Shown: positions 47,715 to 57,731, numbered from the stretch's first letter. The stretch: 64,000 nt of DNA from Candidatus Melainabacteria bacterium 17Bon1m (GCA_032128875.1 JAVLKG010000005.1:288001-352000), one strand, 5' to 3'. Made by a program: numbers and translations. Notes: generated from the letters alone by a model not told the origin.

Positions 47715-48767
47715 TTGGGCGATTTTTTCATAGTCATGGGGTGCGGGATTCTTGGGCTGATGGCCCACGGAGCCACAACTCGCCCATGGCTGGAGTGGAC
47801 TCTCCGGTTCATTATCGTAATTGTTTTCCTGGGAGAAGGATTGATCGCTGCCGGCGCCCTCGTCGACTCGGGTCAAAATACCTGGCAGGGGGGCATTGCA
47901 ATCGGCACAGCCGTCGCCACAGGCATCTGTTTAGTCTTTTACGGGCGTAAGCTCTACTCGGCTGTTTTTAGTTTCCTAGACAATATTTTTTCCGGAGCGG
48001 CCGCTGTCGCGCTCTACAAGAAAGCGTCCGTGTACGACGTTTTCACCAAAATCCATGTGTTCTTGCCAAATTCCATCCCGCACATGGTCGGGCTATTCAT
48101 CTATATAAGTACATTTGCAACACTGCTGGGCGCGGTCGACCCCGAAAGTCTGGTCGGAGGCCCTGATGGGCTGAAGCTGCCGAGTTTGCCGCTGCCTATT
48201 CCGGTGCCAATCGACACTCTCTTCTCGTACAACGGGCTGGGATTGGTTTTGCTCTCATTTTGCGGCGTCGGTATTTTCGTCAAGCGTGATTTCAAAAGTG
48301 TTTTGGACCGTTTGGGCTGGAAGAAGCCATCGGGCAAGCAAGTCGCTATCGGGCTTGGTTTGGTAGTCTTCAGCTTCCTGTACGACTATCTCTGGTCGCT
48401 CTACACCCACAACACCGGCACCGACATGGCAACGAAGTTGGCGGTGTACAACTCAGGAACCTTCAGCGTTGTCGGTGGTGCCGAAAAGTCCCTTATCCTT
48501 GCCCTGGCAACTGCCATCTTTGCCGGTGTTGGTGAGGAAACATTGATCAGGGGCGCATTGCAGCCAGTGTTTGGAATATTTCCTGCGGCAGTTTTGCATG
48601 GAATTTTGCACGCGCAATTCAACCATGCACCCATACTCATCATTCAAGTCGCGCTCTGGTCTTGCGTGATGGGGCTCGTTCGCAAGTACACCAATACGAC
48701 GACAACTATCATTGGTCACGCCGGATTCAATTTCCTAACCACGTTTTTGTTCGCGTTCAATCCGTAA
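47715..48767 (+). CDS. CPBP/Abi family intramembrane metalloprotease
   Basis: EETLIRG, HGILH, HAGFN motifs. Confidence 0.88.
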   Translation: MGDFFIVMGCGILGLMAHGATTRPWLEWTLRFIIVIVFLGEGLIAAGALVDSGQNTWQGGIAIGTAVATGICLVFYGRKLYSAVFSFLDNIFSGAAAVALYKKASVYDVFTKIHVFLPNSIPHMVGLFIYISTFATLLGAVDPESLVGGPDGLKLPSLPLPIPVPIDTLFSYNGLGLVLLSFCGVGIFVKRDFKSVLDRLGWKKPSGKQVAIGLGLVVFSFLYDYLWSLYTHNTGTDMATKLAVYNSGTFSVVGGAEKSLILALATAIFAGVGEETLIRGALQPVFGIFPAAVLHGILHAQFNHAPILIIQVALWSCVMGLVRKYTNTTTTIIGHAGFNFLTTFLFAFNP

Positions 48768-48814
48768 GCGCGGATGATACAGCGATGGTGTTAAAGTCAG
48801 GTTCTGACTCACTC

Positions 48815-49426
48815 TTAGCTCGGCATTCCTGAGCTTTCGTGAATGATGTTGTCCAGGCTCTCAATGGTTTCGGTCAATGAAAGACTCATAAGCTCTGCGC
48901 GCACTCTCTCATTGTTCTGCACAAGAGATGCAAGGTGCAATGAAGCGGCGGGTGCTGTAGCTCCGAGTTTCAACTTGTGTGCCATATTCATCGAAAGAAG
49001 TTGACACGCCATCTCGACGCCTTCAGAAAGCGGATATTTGTCTCCCACTTCAGTTGCGCTCGGAATTGCATAGAGTTTGTCCGACAAACCAATAGATTGA
49101 AGAATAAAGATCTTGAACCACTCAGGCGGGTCGGCCTGAGCTTCGGCGTGCTCGTAAAGCGCCAGCCAGATTGAAAAACACAGCAGCTCCTTCACTGCTT
49201 CTGCAAATTCTTCTTGTGTCACTTCCGGCAGCGGAACATTCTTATTCGCTTCATTGGCGTGGAATTCTTGCTCGCAGACATTCATGTACTCGCGAAGCAG
49301 ACGAGTACTTTCCATTCCATTGATGGTCGCGAAAAACAAAGCTCTTTCCGCGGACTCCCGCTCCGTCGCCGGTGGTTTTGCTTGACTCGGCACGATTTTT
49401 TGAAAGGCGGGGAGCTGACTGTCCAT
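48815..49426 (-). CDS. Hypothetical protein
   Basis: 203-aa ORF with SD GAGGA; no recognised motif. Confidence 0.6.
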   Translation of the reverse strand: MDSQLPAFQKIVPSQAKPPATERESAERALFFATINGMESTRLLREYMNVCEQEFHANEANKNVPLPEVTQEEFAEAVKELLCFSIWLALYEHAEAQADPPEWFKIFILQSIGLSDKLYAIPSATEVGDKYPLSEGVEMACQLLSMNMAHKLKLGATAPAASLHLASLVQNNERVRAELMSLSLTETIESLDNIIHESSGMPS

Positions 49427-49765
49427 TTAGTCCTCGTTTCCAGGCTGAACCAATTCTAGCAGCGTGAACTTGCCCAGTACGAAATTTATGGGCTTCGACG
49501 GTTTCCTGCAAGATTTAAGGTTCGACTACGTATTTTTCCCAATGACAAGTTCATCTTTCGTAGGCATTATTATCGTTACGCCGGTTTCTGTACCCACAGC
49601 CGCTGGCCCTCCGGTTTATCTTCCCCGTAAATAAGGTATATAGGTAGAGGCTGTAAAGCCCGCCAGAGTCCATTATTGCTTGGACATATTCGCCGTGGCT
49701 GGTACGACGAATGTAACGAGCTCAACCACTACGTTTGCGTATAAACGACGTTCAGGAGAGTTACT

Positions 49766-51325
49766 ATGGCTGACAGACCCATCGAACCAGGCAAGTACGA
49801 CCCCAAGCAGACACCAGAAAGAAACGCTTCAGTCGATTCGACAGCTATTGTCGACAAATACAAAACTGATGGAGCGGAAGCTGCTTATCAAGCATTGCAG
49901 AAGGAATTAGATCCTCAGCAGCTCGCACAAAGAGGTGTCACCGACCAGCAAAGAACCGCTTATCAAACTAAGTTGGTTGAACAACTTCAAACCGCCGGTG
50001 TATTGCCGGAAATCTCGATAGCCGCTGTCAAAGACAGAGCCGCTAAACCGGCAGATCAAGGTGGCAGCGACCTTCAAACAAACAATCAATACGACATCAA
50101 CAAGATCAGAGCCGCACGTGATGCGGCCACAAATCCTGTCGACAAAGCGCTCTACACCGCATTCTCCGATAAGTACAACGATCTGCGCAATGAAAACCGC
50201 AGTGGTCGTGCTTATGCGCCGATTAACGATGCCGCATTGACTCGTCACATGGACAAGACGAACGCTGCAGCAAGAGAAACTGCTCAGAATGAACAGTTCA
50301 AGAAAGATATCTCCGTTCTGGCAACAAACCCGAAAGTGTTCGATGCAATCGACAAAGCCGGAACTGAAACTACCAACCGCGCTGGAGTAGTTCCAGAGAA
50401 GACTGACGGCAAGATAACCGAAGAGAATATCGCCGCCTTCGACAAGAAGTGGAACGATCCAAACGAGACAGAGCGCAAGAAATTCCGCGATGGTTTCGGA
50501 ACGCAGGAGCAACAGGACCAAGTCGACAGAGCTGTTAAGGCATTGAAGGGTGGTCTTGAACAACCCAACCTGCTGAAAAACAACATGGTCGAGGGACGTT
50601 GGAATCCGCTAAACGAAAATGGCATAACTAGAGACACTCTTACGGCCGGATTGGGCGGACCTGAAGCTGTTGCTAAATACAAGCAGCAAGAAAATACACG
50701 TCCTGACGGCACAGTCAGACCTGAAGTTGCTGCTGCTCAGAATTTTGCCGACAGCAAGCTGAACCGCGGTGAAGGACCGTGGCACGTTGCCAACCAAATG
50801 ATTAAGGGGCAAGAGGGTCAGTTCCAAGATCCAGCCAAAGCACAACGCGACCTCACCAAGGCACTTCAAAATTCCTTTACGGATCGCCAGGGTGCAGAAC
50901 AGCTAGCTAATGGCGGACGTGACAAGGTTCGCGAAGAAATTCGCAAGAGCGGCAACACCGAACTTCTTAACTGGTTCGACAAGCGTTATCCAAAACCGGA
51001 AGGACCTGAACAACCTGTTGCTAAGCCTGAACCTACAGCAGCGGCAGATTTCAGCAGCACCAAACTTAAGGACAAAAACGACGGACCAAGAGCTATTGCA
51101 GGTCGCATGACTCAAGGGCAGGAGCAGTTCTTCGCTGATCCAGCCAAGGCTACTAGAGATCTCGCCAAAGCCATCGGCGTAGAATCCGGTATCCACAATT
51201 CTAAGCAAGGCGCCGAACAAGTCACCAAGGAGAATTATGACAATGTGATCAAGAGCATCCAAGCAACTAACAATGCTGAGTTGCTCGCATGGTTCCAAAA
51301 ACGCTATCCAAAACCGAAAGCATAG
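49766..51325 (+). CDS. Hypothetical hydrophilic protein with two C-terminal ~90-aa repeats
   Basis: SD AGGAG; repeats end in WFDKRYPKP and WFQKRYPKP. Confidence 0.8.
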   Translation: MADRPIEPGKYDPKQTPERNASVDSTAIVDKYKTDGAEAAYQALQKELDPQQLAQRGVTDQQRTAYQTKLVEQLQTAGVLPEISIAAVKDRAAKPADQGGSDLQTNNQYDINKIRAARDAATNPVDKALYTAFSDKYNDLRNENRSGRAYAPINDAALTRHMDKTNAAARETAQNEQFKKDISVLATNPKVFDAIDKAGTETTNRAGVVPEKTDGKITEENIAAFDKKWNDPNETERKKFRDGFGTQEQQDQVDRAVKALKGGLEQPNLLKNNMVEGRWNPLNENGITRDTLTAGLGGPEAVAKYKQQENTRPDGTVRPEVAAAQNFADSKLNRGEGPWHVANQMIKGQEGQFQDPAKAQRDLTKALQNSFTDRQGAEQLANGGRDKVREEIRKSGNTELLNWFDKRYPKPEGPEQPVAKPEPTAAADFSSTKLKDKNDGPRAIAGRMTQGQEQFFADPAKATRDLAKAIGVESGIHNSKQGAEQVTKENYDNVIKSIQATNNAELLAWFQKRYPKPKA

Positions 51326-51348
51326 GATTAGCGCATAAATAAAGTCTC

Positions 51349-51381
51349 AAGAGGAAGGTTCGCGCCTTCCTCTTTTGTTTT
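51349..51381 (+). terminator. Intrinsic terminator
   Basis: aagaggaagg/ccttcctctt 10-bp stem followed by T-rich tract. Confidence 0.75.
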
Positions 51382-51692
51382 GGAAGTTTCCATTCTTGCT
51401 TTGCAGATTTCTGTTTTTGTTTTTCGAGTTTTCTCCCAAGCTCTTTCACCTGTGTTTGGCCCAGTCGCGCCCCGCGTACTTTCCGCGCTGTCGGTCACGA
51501 AGCCGTCACGTTGGTGCGGAATAATCAAAAACATCCGAAGGGCAACGAAAGCCCGCTTTCCCCACAAGTAAAAAGAATCCTCGCCCTCCCCGGGCTGCGC
51601 TAAAAACTCTGCATTCCAGCCAGATGCTTTCAAAAGGAAAGATCTGAGGCAGGTCGCCGCGCGTCCAGCCGCTTTTCTTAGGAGAATTGACC

Positions 51693-53252
51693 ATGGCCGA
51701 AACAGCACAACTCTACGACTCCGCTAAAGGTCCGACAAAGGAAGCCGCGGCGGATGCAGCCACTGTCAGAACGGTGCTGGAAAAGGAAGGCTCGGATGCG
51801 GCAGTAACGAGGTTGCGAAGTGAGGTTGAGTCTGTCCCTGAGCGCGATCGTCAGGCGTACAACACGGCTCTCTTCAAGAACCTGACAGGTGATAGCAATA
51901 GGCTGCCAAACATTCTGCCGGACATGGCGATTGCATTTGGTATGCAGAATTCTGGTTCTTTCATGGAGCAAAACAAATGGAAATGGAATAGCGATGAGCG
52001 CATCGTCAACCCTGACAAACTTACTTCTGCGGCGTCCAAAGAAACGAATCCAATCTATCAGGAACTTTATCGGGAGATGTATAACAAATTCCGCACTATC
52101 AAGGCGGAAAACGGCGCTCATATTGATCCACTGGACTCGTACACTCAAGGCTCTCGCATTCTTAGAGATTATGTTGTGCCCGAAGGTCAGCTGAAGCAGC
52201 AGCTTGCCACTGATGCTGTGCGCGCTGACAATCGCCGACAATTTGGTGTCCTTGCCTCCAATCCTAAGTTGTTCGGTGCCATCGCTAGTGGTGGTGAGAT
52301 AACCCAAGACAGTCTCAAAACATTTAGTGAGAAATGGAATCAAACCGGCACCAGTGGTGCGGATTTCCGTAAGCAGTATGCTTCTACGCCAGAACAGCAG
52401 AGACAGATTGGGCAAACTCTCGACAATCTGAAATACGCATTTGACGATGACAGACACAAGGACAACAAGCCAGGCTCGGTCCTTCAAGACAACAAAGCTG
52501 GTTTTATAGCTAGACACGTCAACGACTACTTCCATGACTATGGCAAGATGACGCAAGAGAGTCTGTTAAATGGACTTGGTTACAAGTCTACGGAAGAAGC
52601 GAAACTTCGCCTGCCATCAGATGTTGGTGGTAAGCCGCTTTCTGATGTTGTTTCACTGAGAAGTTACGACAACACCAAACTGCGCAACCGACAAGATGGT
52701 CCAATGGACCTTGCTCGCAGAATGCTCTCCGGTCAGGAGAAACACTTTAAGGACGCACCGGGCGGTGCAGAACAGGCTGTGAAAGACTTGACCAATGCGC
52801 TTGCTCCGGCTGCAGGCACCTTCGTCGACAAAGCCGTCAATCAGGTTTCTCCTGAGAATCGCGACAAGGTAATTCAGAACATTGCTGCAACTGGCAACGA
52901 TAGACTGCGCGACTGGTTTGTCAGTCGTTATCCTGCCGACATGTCTGCTGCCGCAGCTGCTTCAACCGCTGACGCAGGACCGCTGGATAACTCATCGTCC
53001 AAAGTCGTGTCGAGACAAGGCTCAGATGCAGTCGCAACAAACATGCTGAAAGACGCTGGTCTAGGTCATTCAGAAATGAAGGCGCTCAGCAATGTCTTGT
53101 ACAAAGATCTGGGCATCAACTGGAATTCAGTGCACGCAGGCACGCCGCTAGTGACTGAAGAAAACCTCGAAACTGTCCGCGAAAAGATTGCCGCGAAAAA
53201 CAACGACAAACTCATTCAATGGTTTGACAGCAAATATCCGAAGAGAAACTAG
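51693..53252 (+). CDS. Paralog of 49766..51325 with two C-terminal repeats
   Basis: SD AGGAG, start likely ATG 51693; repeats end in WFVSRYP and WFDSKYP. Confidence 0.8.
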   Translation: MAETAQLYDSAKGPTKEAAADAATVRTVLEKEGSDAAVTRLRSEVESVPERDRQAYNTALFKNLTGDSNRLPNILPDMAIAFGMQNSGSFMEQNKWKWNSDERIVNPDKLTSAASKETNPIYQELYREMYNKFRTIKAENGAHIDPLDSYTQGSRILRDYVVPEGQLKQQLATDAVRADNRRQFGVLASNPKLFGAIASGGEITQDSLKTFSEKWNQTGTSGADFRKQYASTPEQQRQIGQTLDNLKYAFDDDRHKDNKPGSVLQDNKAGFIARHVNDYFHDYGKMTQESLLNGLGYKSTEEAKLRLPSDVGGKPLSDVVSLRSYDNTKLRNRQDGPMDLARRMLSGQEKHFKDAPGGAEQAVKDLTNALAPAAGTFVDKAVNQVSPENRDKVIQNIAATGNDRLRDWFVSRYPADMSAAAAASTADAGPLDNSSSKVVSRQGSDAVATNMLKDAGLGHSEMKALSNVLYKDLGINWNSVHAGTPLVTEENLETVREKIAAKNNDKLIQWFDSKYPKRN

Positions 53253-53279
53253 CTTTTTCACTGATGACGACGCAGGAAT

Positions 53280-53318
53280 GCCCGATTTAACTTCCTTCTG
53301 GAGCTGAGTCGGGCTTTT
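53280..53318. terminator. Probable terminator between convergent genes
   Basis: gcccgattta...tgagtcgggc stem with G-U pairs on +, followed by tttt. Confidence 0.5.
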
Positions 53319-53320
53319 CG

Positions 53321-56300
53321 CTAGGGTGTTAGAGTGCCACTGCTGCCGCCATCTTCGGAATTTTTCTCTGTTTCCTTTTGCGTTGGAGTGCCGTTGTCGG
53401 CATCTTTATTATTTTCGGGCTTGCCTGTGCCTCCAGTGACGCCCTTCAGCCCTTGCAAGATTGACAGCGTTACTTCCCTCGGCTTTCCTACGAGTTTTCT
53501 TTCTTCCATGAGAGCAAGCTCGCGTGCGACTTCTTCGTCAGTGCGTTCCGGCTCTAGGATTGCAACTATGTCTCGGTAATAGAGCGTTTCTTTCTCCATC
53601 AGAGCTTCGGCGAGTTTTTGAACTTTGTCCTTATGTTGTCCTAGCAACTTGTTAACGCTTTCCTTGCAGTCATTGATAATTTGCATGGTTGCGAGTTCCA
53701 ACTGACGCTCTGTTTCTGGAGAAGGTCCGGCGGCATCCTCATGTCCAAACGCCACATTGGTATTGAAAGTGAAGTCTTTTGCCATGCCCCACTCCCGGAC
53801 CATTGCTCGTGCGCAGGAAGCTACATTCCTCAAATCCGAACTGACTCCTGAGGAAGTTTCCTTCAAGAACATGTTCTCTGCCGCCCAGCCGCCGAGTGCA
53901 ATTTCAATGCGCACCATCAAATCATGTCTGTCTCGATGGTTGCGATCTTCCTTACCGACATACCAGACGTATCCGAGTGCATAGCCACTTGGAACGACAG
54001 TAACGACCTGAATTCTGTCGCGCTTGTTGCGGAAATAGGCAGCTACAGCGTGTCCCGCTTCGTGTATTGCGGTAGCGCTCAATTCCTCCATCAGAATATG
54101 ACGGCTGTAGGACATACCGAAACTTTGCCTTTGAATAGCCTGAATTAGGTCTATCATCGTAATTTCTTTTCGCCCTTCACGAACGGCGATCAGACCTGCT
54201 TCATTGACGATGTTCGCAATATCTGCGCCTGAGTTCCATACAGTCATGCGAGCGATTTCGCGCAAATCGATTTTGCATTCCATCTTGAGCTTCTTGATGT
54301 AGTGCGTAAACATCGCCTCGCGCCCTTCAAGGTTCGGCATCGAGATGTTGATACGCCTGTCAAACCGACCTGGACGTAACAGTGCGGGGTCCAGCAAAGA
54401 AGCGTTGTTAGTGGCGCCTATAGTGAGTACTTTGTGTTTGCCGAAGCCATCAAGTTCGACGAGGAACTGGTTTAATGTCTGGTTTTGCTCTTGCTTGCCG
54501 CCGCCGCCGTAGTCACGGCCTCTATGACCAGCAATACCATCGATTTCGTCAATAAACACAATCGCAGGCTTGCCGCTGCGCCGTGCCTGTTCGTATACAG
54601 CTCTGACGCGTGCGGCGCCTAATCCTACCCAAACTTGTGCAAAATCGCTGCCGCTGAGTGCGTAGAATGGTACACCTGCTTCGTTTGCAATAGCTTTGGC
54701 AAGCATAGTCTTGCCGGTCCCCGATGGTCCTACTAGGAGAACACCCTTCGGTGCCTTGAGACCAACTTCTTGCACCAGCTCCATGTTTTTGATCAGGGCA
54801 ACTACTTCAGCAGCTTCTGCTTTTGCTTCTTCCATGCCTTTAACGTCGTCGAGTTTTACATCGACATCGGGCAGTCTGGCCATGTTAATGCCAGTCGTGT
54901 TCATCTTATGGCCGGCAGTTGCAGACAGCTTGGTAATTGCTTCTGCGAGGTCAGCTTCGATGAATTTCTTACGATTGTTTCTTACCGCAAGAATAGCCGC
55001 TTCGTTGACTGCGGCAGCAACGTCAGCACCGGCAAAGTTTACGCTCTGCTTCGAAAGTTCTTCTAGATCAAATTTACCTTCGTTCTTGATTTTGCTCATA
55101 TAGAGCTCGAACATTTTCTTGCGTGCATCGGAATCAGGGAGTCCGATGTAGATCTTTCGATCAAATCTGCCAGCGCGATAAAACGCAGGGTCCAAATTTT
55201 GTTCTTGGTTAGTCGCGCCGATTGTGAGAATATTGCTGCGACTAAAACCATCCAACTGAACGAGTATTTCGTTTAGTTCGCTTGTGCGGTTGTTTCCGAC
55301 ATCTGTCATAGTTCCTGCAATCGCATCTATTTCATCAATGAAAACGATTGCTGCCGGGCTCTTTCTTGCTTGCGTGTACAGCGCTCTGAGTCTCGCTGCG
55401 CCTTCTCCATCAAACATGCTTTTGAAATAAGATGCAGAGATTCCATAGAAGGGCACACCTGCTTCGTTTGCAATTGCTTTGGCCATCAAGGTTTTGCCAA
55501 CGCCAGGCGGTCCGATTAATAGAATGCCTCGCGGGACTTTCGCACCCATTTCACGCAGTTCCGAACCTTGGCGCAAGAATGCAATGACTTCAGAAACATC
55601 TTGCTTTGCGTCGTCGATTCCAATTACATGATCCAGTTTGACTGTCGGATCCGGATTTGGAATGACAATGCCTGAATCGACTAGAACACGATCATTGCCC
55701 ATAGAAACGCGGTCCAGAGCTTGCTCTAATATGTCTGTAGTGACACGGTTCGGACCGCCCGGACGCGTAGATACCAAAGCTGCTTCATTGACTATTTGGT
55801 AGATGTCCGCAGGAGAAAAGCCCTGAGTCAGACTCGCAATATGTTCAACATTTACTTCGGGGTCGTGCGAAACTCTTTCTAGATAGTATTTGAAAATCTT
55901 GACGCGCTCTTCCGGGTTGGGAATTTGAAAGTAAATGCGTCTGTCCATGCGGCCTGCACGAGTAAGGCCCGGATCGAGACCGCCATCAAGATTGGTGGCA
56001 CCAATGACTAACAAACGCGAAGCGTGAAACCCATCCATCTGCGTTAGCAGCGTATTGAGAGTCATGTTCATGTCAGACTGCCCGCCGAAGCCTCTGTCTT
56101 GCCTCCGGCGTGTTGCCATGGAATCAATTTCGTCTATGAACAATATCGCGCGATCATGGCGTTTCAGCTTTGCAAACAAGGTCTTTAACTTGAGTACTCC
56201 CAAACCAAAGATCAAGCCACTGATGCCGCCACCTTCTACAACATAGAATGGTGTGCCCACCTCGTTGGCAATGGCTCGGGCGAAGAGCGTTTTACCAACA

Positions 56301-56740
56301 CCCGGAGCACCGACGAAAAGCATTCCTTTTGGTAATTCAGCCCCTGAAGCAGAATACTTTTCTGGATTCTGAAGCATGTCTATTACTTCTTTGATTTCTT
56401 GCTTGGCTTGCTCATTGCCAATCAATTCATCCAACGTCTTCGGAGCCTTAGGATTAATCCTGGGCTTTTCGAACATGAATGGAAGTACCCGCTCCCAGAT
56501 AGGTTTTGGTGCCTTAGAGTCAGCTCGTGGCGGAAGCGGAAAGATGATTGACAGCAGTATGTACCACTGAATCAAAATCATTATGGCGCCGAACAGGGCG
56601 GCAGCAAAGGCAGACGTTACCGAATACTTGAGTAAAGCAGGAAAGGAGGCAAATGGGTTCCAGAATTGCGCTGTGCAGAGCAATAGCACCATCCACAGAG
56701 CCAAAACCGTCCATCTTGCCCAATTTTTCATAACTTTCAA
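53321..56740 (-). CDS. FtsH-like membrane metalloprotease with three tandem AAA+ domains
   Basis: Two N-terminal TMs; three Walker A/B/SRH sets; single M41 domain with HEAGH and SSGVSSDL. Start may be ATG 56731. Confidence 0.9.
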   Translation of the reverse strand: MKVMKNWARWTVLALWMVLLLCTAQFWNPFASFPALLKYSVTSAFAAALFGAIMILIQWYILLSIIFPLPPRADSKAPKPIWERVLPFMFEKPRINPKAPKTLDELIGNEQAKQEIKEVIDMLQNPEKYSASGAELPKGMLFVGAPGVGKTLFARAIANEVGTPFYVVEGGGISGLIFGLGVLKLKTLFAKLKRHDRAILFIDEIDSMATRRRQDRGFGGQSDMNMTLNTLLTQMDGFHASRLLVIGATNLDGGLDPGLTRAGRMDRRIYFQIPNPEERVKIFKYYLERVSHDPEVNVEHIASLTQGFSPADIYQIVNEAALVSTRPGGPNRVTTDILEQALDRVSMGNDRVLVDSGIVIPNPDPTVKLDHVIGIDDAKQDVSEVIAFLRQGSELREMGAKVPRGILLIGPPGVGKTLMAKAIANEAGVPFYGISASYFKSMFDGEGAARLRALYTQARKSPAAIVFIDEIDAIAGTMTDVGNNRTSELNEILVQLDGFSRSNILTIGATNQEQNLDPAFYRAGRFDRKIYIGLPDSDARKKMFELYMSKIKNEGKFDLEELSKQSVNFAGADVAAAVNEAAILAVRNNRKKFIEADLAEAITKLSATAGHKMNTTGINMARLPDVDVKLDDVKGMEEAKAEAAEVVALIKNMELVQEVGLKAPKGVLLVGPSGTGKTMLAKAIANEAGVPFYALSGSDFAQVWVGLGAARVRAVYEQARRSGKPAIVFIDEIDGIAGHRGRDYGGGGKQEQNQTLNQFLVELDGFGKHKVLTIGATNNASLLDPALLRPGRFDRRINISMPNLEGREAMFTHYIKKLKMECKIDLREIARMTVWNSGADIANIVNEAGLIAVREGRKEITMIDLIQAIQRQSFGMSYSRHILMEELSATAIHEAGHAVAAYFRNKRDRIQVVTVVPSGYALGYVWYVGKEDRNHRDRHDLMVRIEIALGGWAAENMFLKETSSGVSSDLRNVASCARAMVREWGMAKDFTFNTNVAFGHEDAAGPSPETERQLELATMQIINDCKESVNKLLGQHKDKVQKLAEALMEKETLYYRDIVAILEPERTDEEVARELALMEERKLVGKPREVTLSILQGLKGVTGGTGKPENNKDADNGTPTQKETEKNSEDGGSSGTLTP

Positions 56741-56752
56741 CTTCCGTAATTA

Positions 56753-57031
56753 TCAGTTGTTGCCCCAGTGTGGGAAATCTTCCACCTTGCCGCCGTTCGG
56801 ATCAGTAGCGCAGCTGTTCTTTCCAATGTCAGTCAATAACCGCACCCTGCGGTATCCGTCGACGAGCACCTCTTCAGCGATGACAACGTCCTGTTTGTCT
56901 AGCTGTCAGGGATAGCCCGGGACTGCAATGTCTGATATGCCAGTCTTTTCAGGTTCGCCTTTCAAGTCCATGCCGTTAAGCAGGCAGCTGACGCCCAGCG
57001 CAATGAATAACGTGACAAAAAAAGTCTTCAT
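56753..57031 (-). other. Small membrane-anchored ORF with in-frame TGA at codon 42 (recoded gene or nonsense pseudogene)
   Basis: Hand translation; TGA at 56906-56908; frame continues 50 codons to tandem TGA-TAA. Confidence 0.5.
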
Positions 57032-57233
57032 ACCTTGATGCTAAACCGGCTTGCTGTCGCTACTTAACTAATATTCCCTCTACCTACCAGCATTCTATAG
57101 ATTTTTGAGAGATGCTGCCAATTCCTTTTGCCTGTTGGCTTTCTAGGGTAAACCCGCCATGCCAGACATGCTGAGATTTCACGGGTTGGTTCGCTGGACA
57201 TGAGCACAAGGCAAGGAATTCAATGGTTCCTCC

Positions 57234-57731
57234 TTAGTCTGCCGCGTTTCCAGTTCCGGGTTTTTGACTTTCGAGATATGGCTTAACCATTGCAACTACT
57301 TGCGTCTTCGGCATGGCTCCAGTAGTGGAATATTCGCATTTACCTTCCTTGAAGACCATAAATACGGGAATCGAGGAAATTTGGTACTTCTGGGCTAAGT
57401 GGGGCGCACGTAAAACATCCACCCGTGCCACTTTTAGAGAACCTTGGTACTCCGTTGCCACTTCAGCCAAAATAGGCTCCATTTTCTTGCATGGTCCGCA
57501 AGTATCGGCGTAAAAGTCCACAAGGACCGGCGTCTGGCTGTCTATTACTTCGCTTTCGAAATTCGATTCGTCAACGGAAGCCATACTATTAAGTGCTTCT
57601 TCGGACGCTGTCTGCTGAGCTGCCTCTGGTGTTTGCTGTGGAGCACTTGATGTCGCGTCCACTTGCTGTGACCCGTTCCAAATACTGCCCACGATGAGAG
57701 CGATTACAAAGATGATGAATGCTTCTTTCAC
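57234..57731 (-). CDS. Membrane-anchored or exported thioredoxin
   Basis: N-terminal hydrophobic helix; PVLVDFYADTCGPC, cis-Pro SIP. Confidence 0.9.
   Translation of the reverse strand: MKEAFIIFVIALIVGSIWNGSQQVDATSSAPQQTPEAAQQTASEEALNSMASVDESNFESEVIDSQTPVLVDFYADTCGPCKKMEPILAEVATEYQGSLKVARVDVLRAPHLAQKYQISSIPVFMVFKEGKCEYSTTGAMPKTQVVAMVKPYLESQKPGTGNAAD

Noticed and set aside
56906-56908. Genome-wide TGA reassignment (code 4/25) to explain the in-frame TGA
   Set aside because: Other genes end at TGA in ATGA overlaps (729-732, 37994-37997), and long ORFs have no internal TGA.
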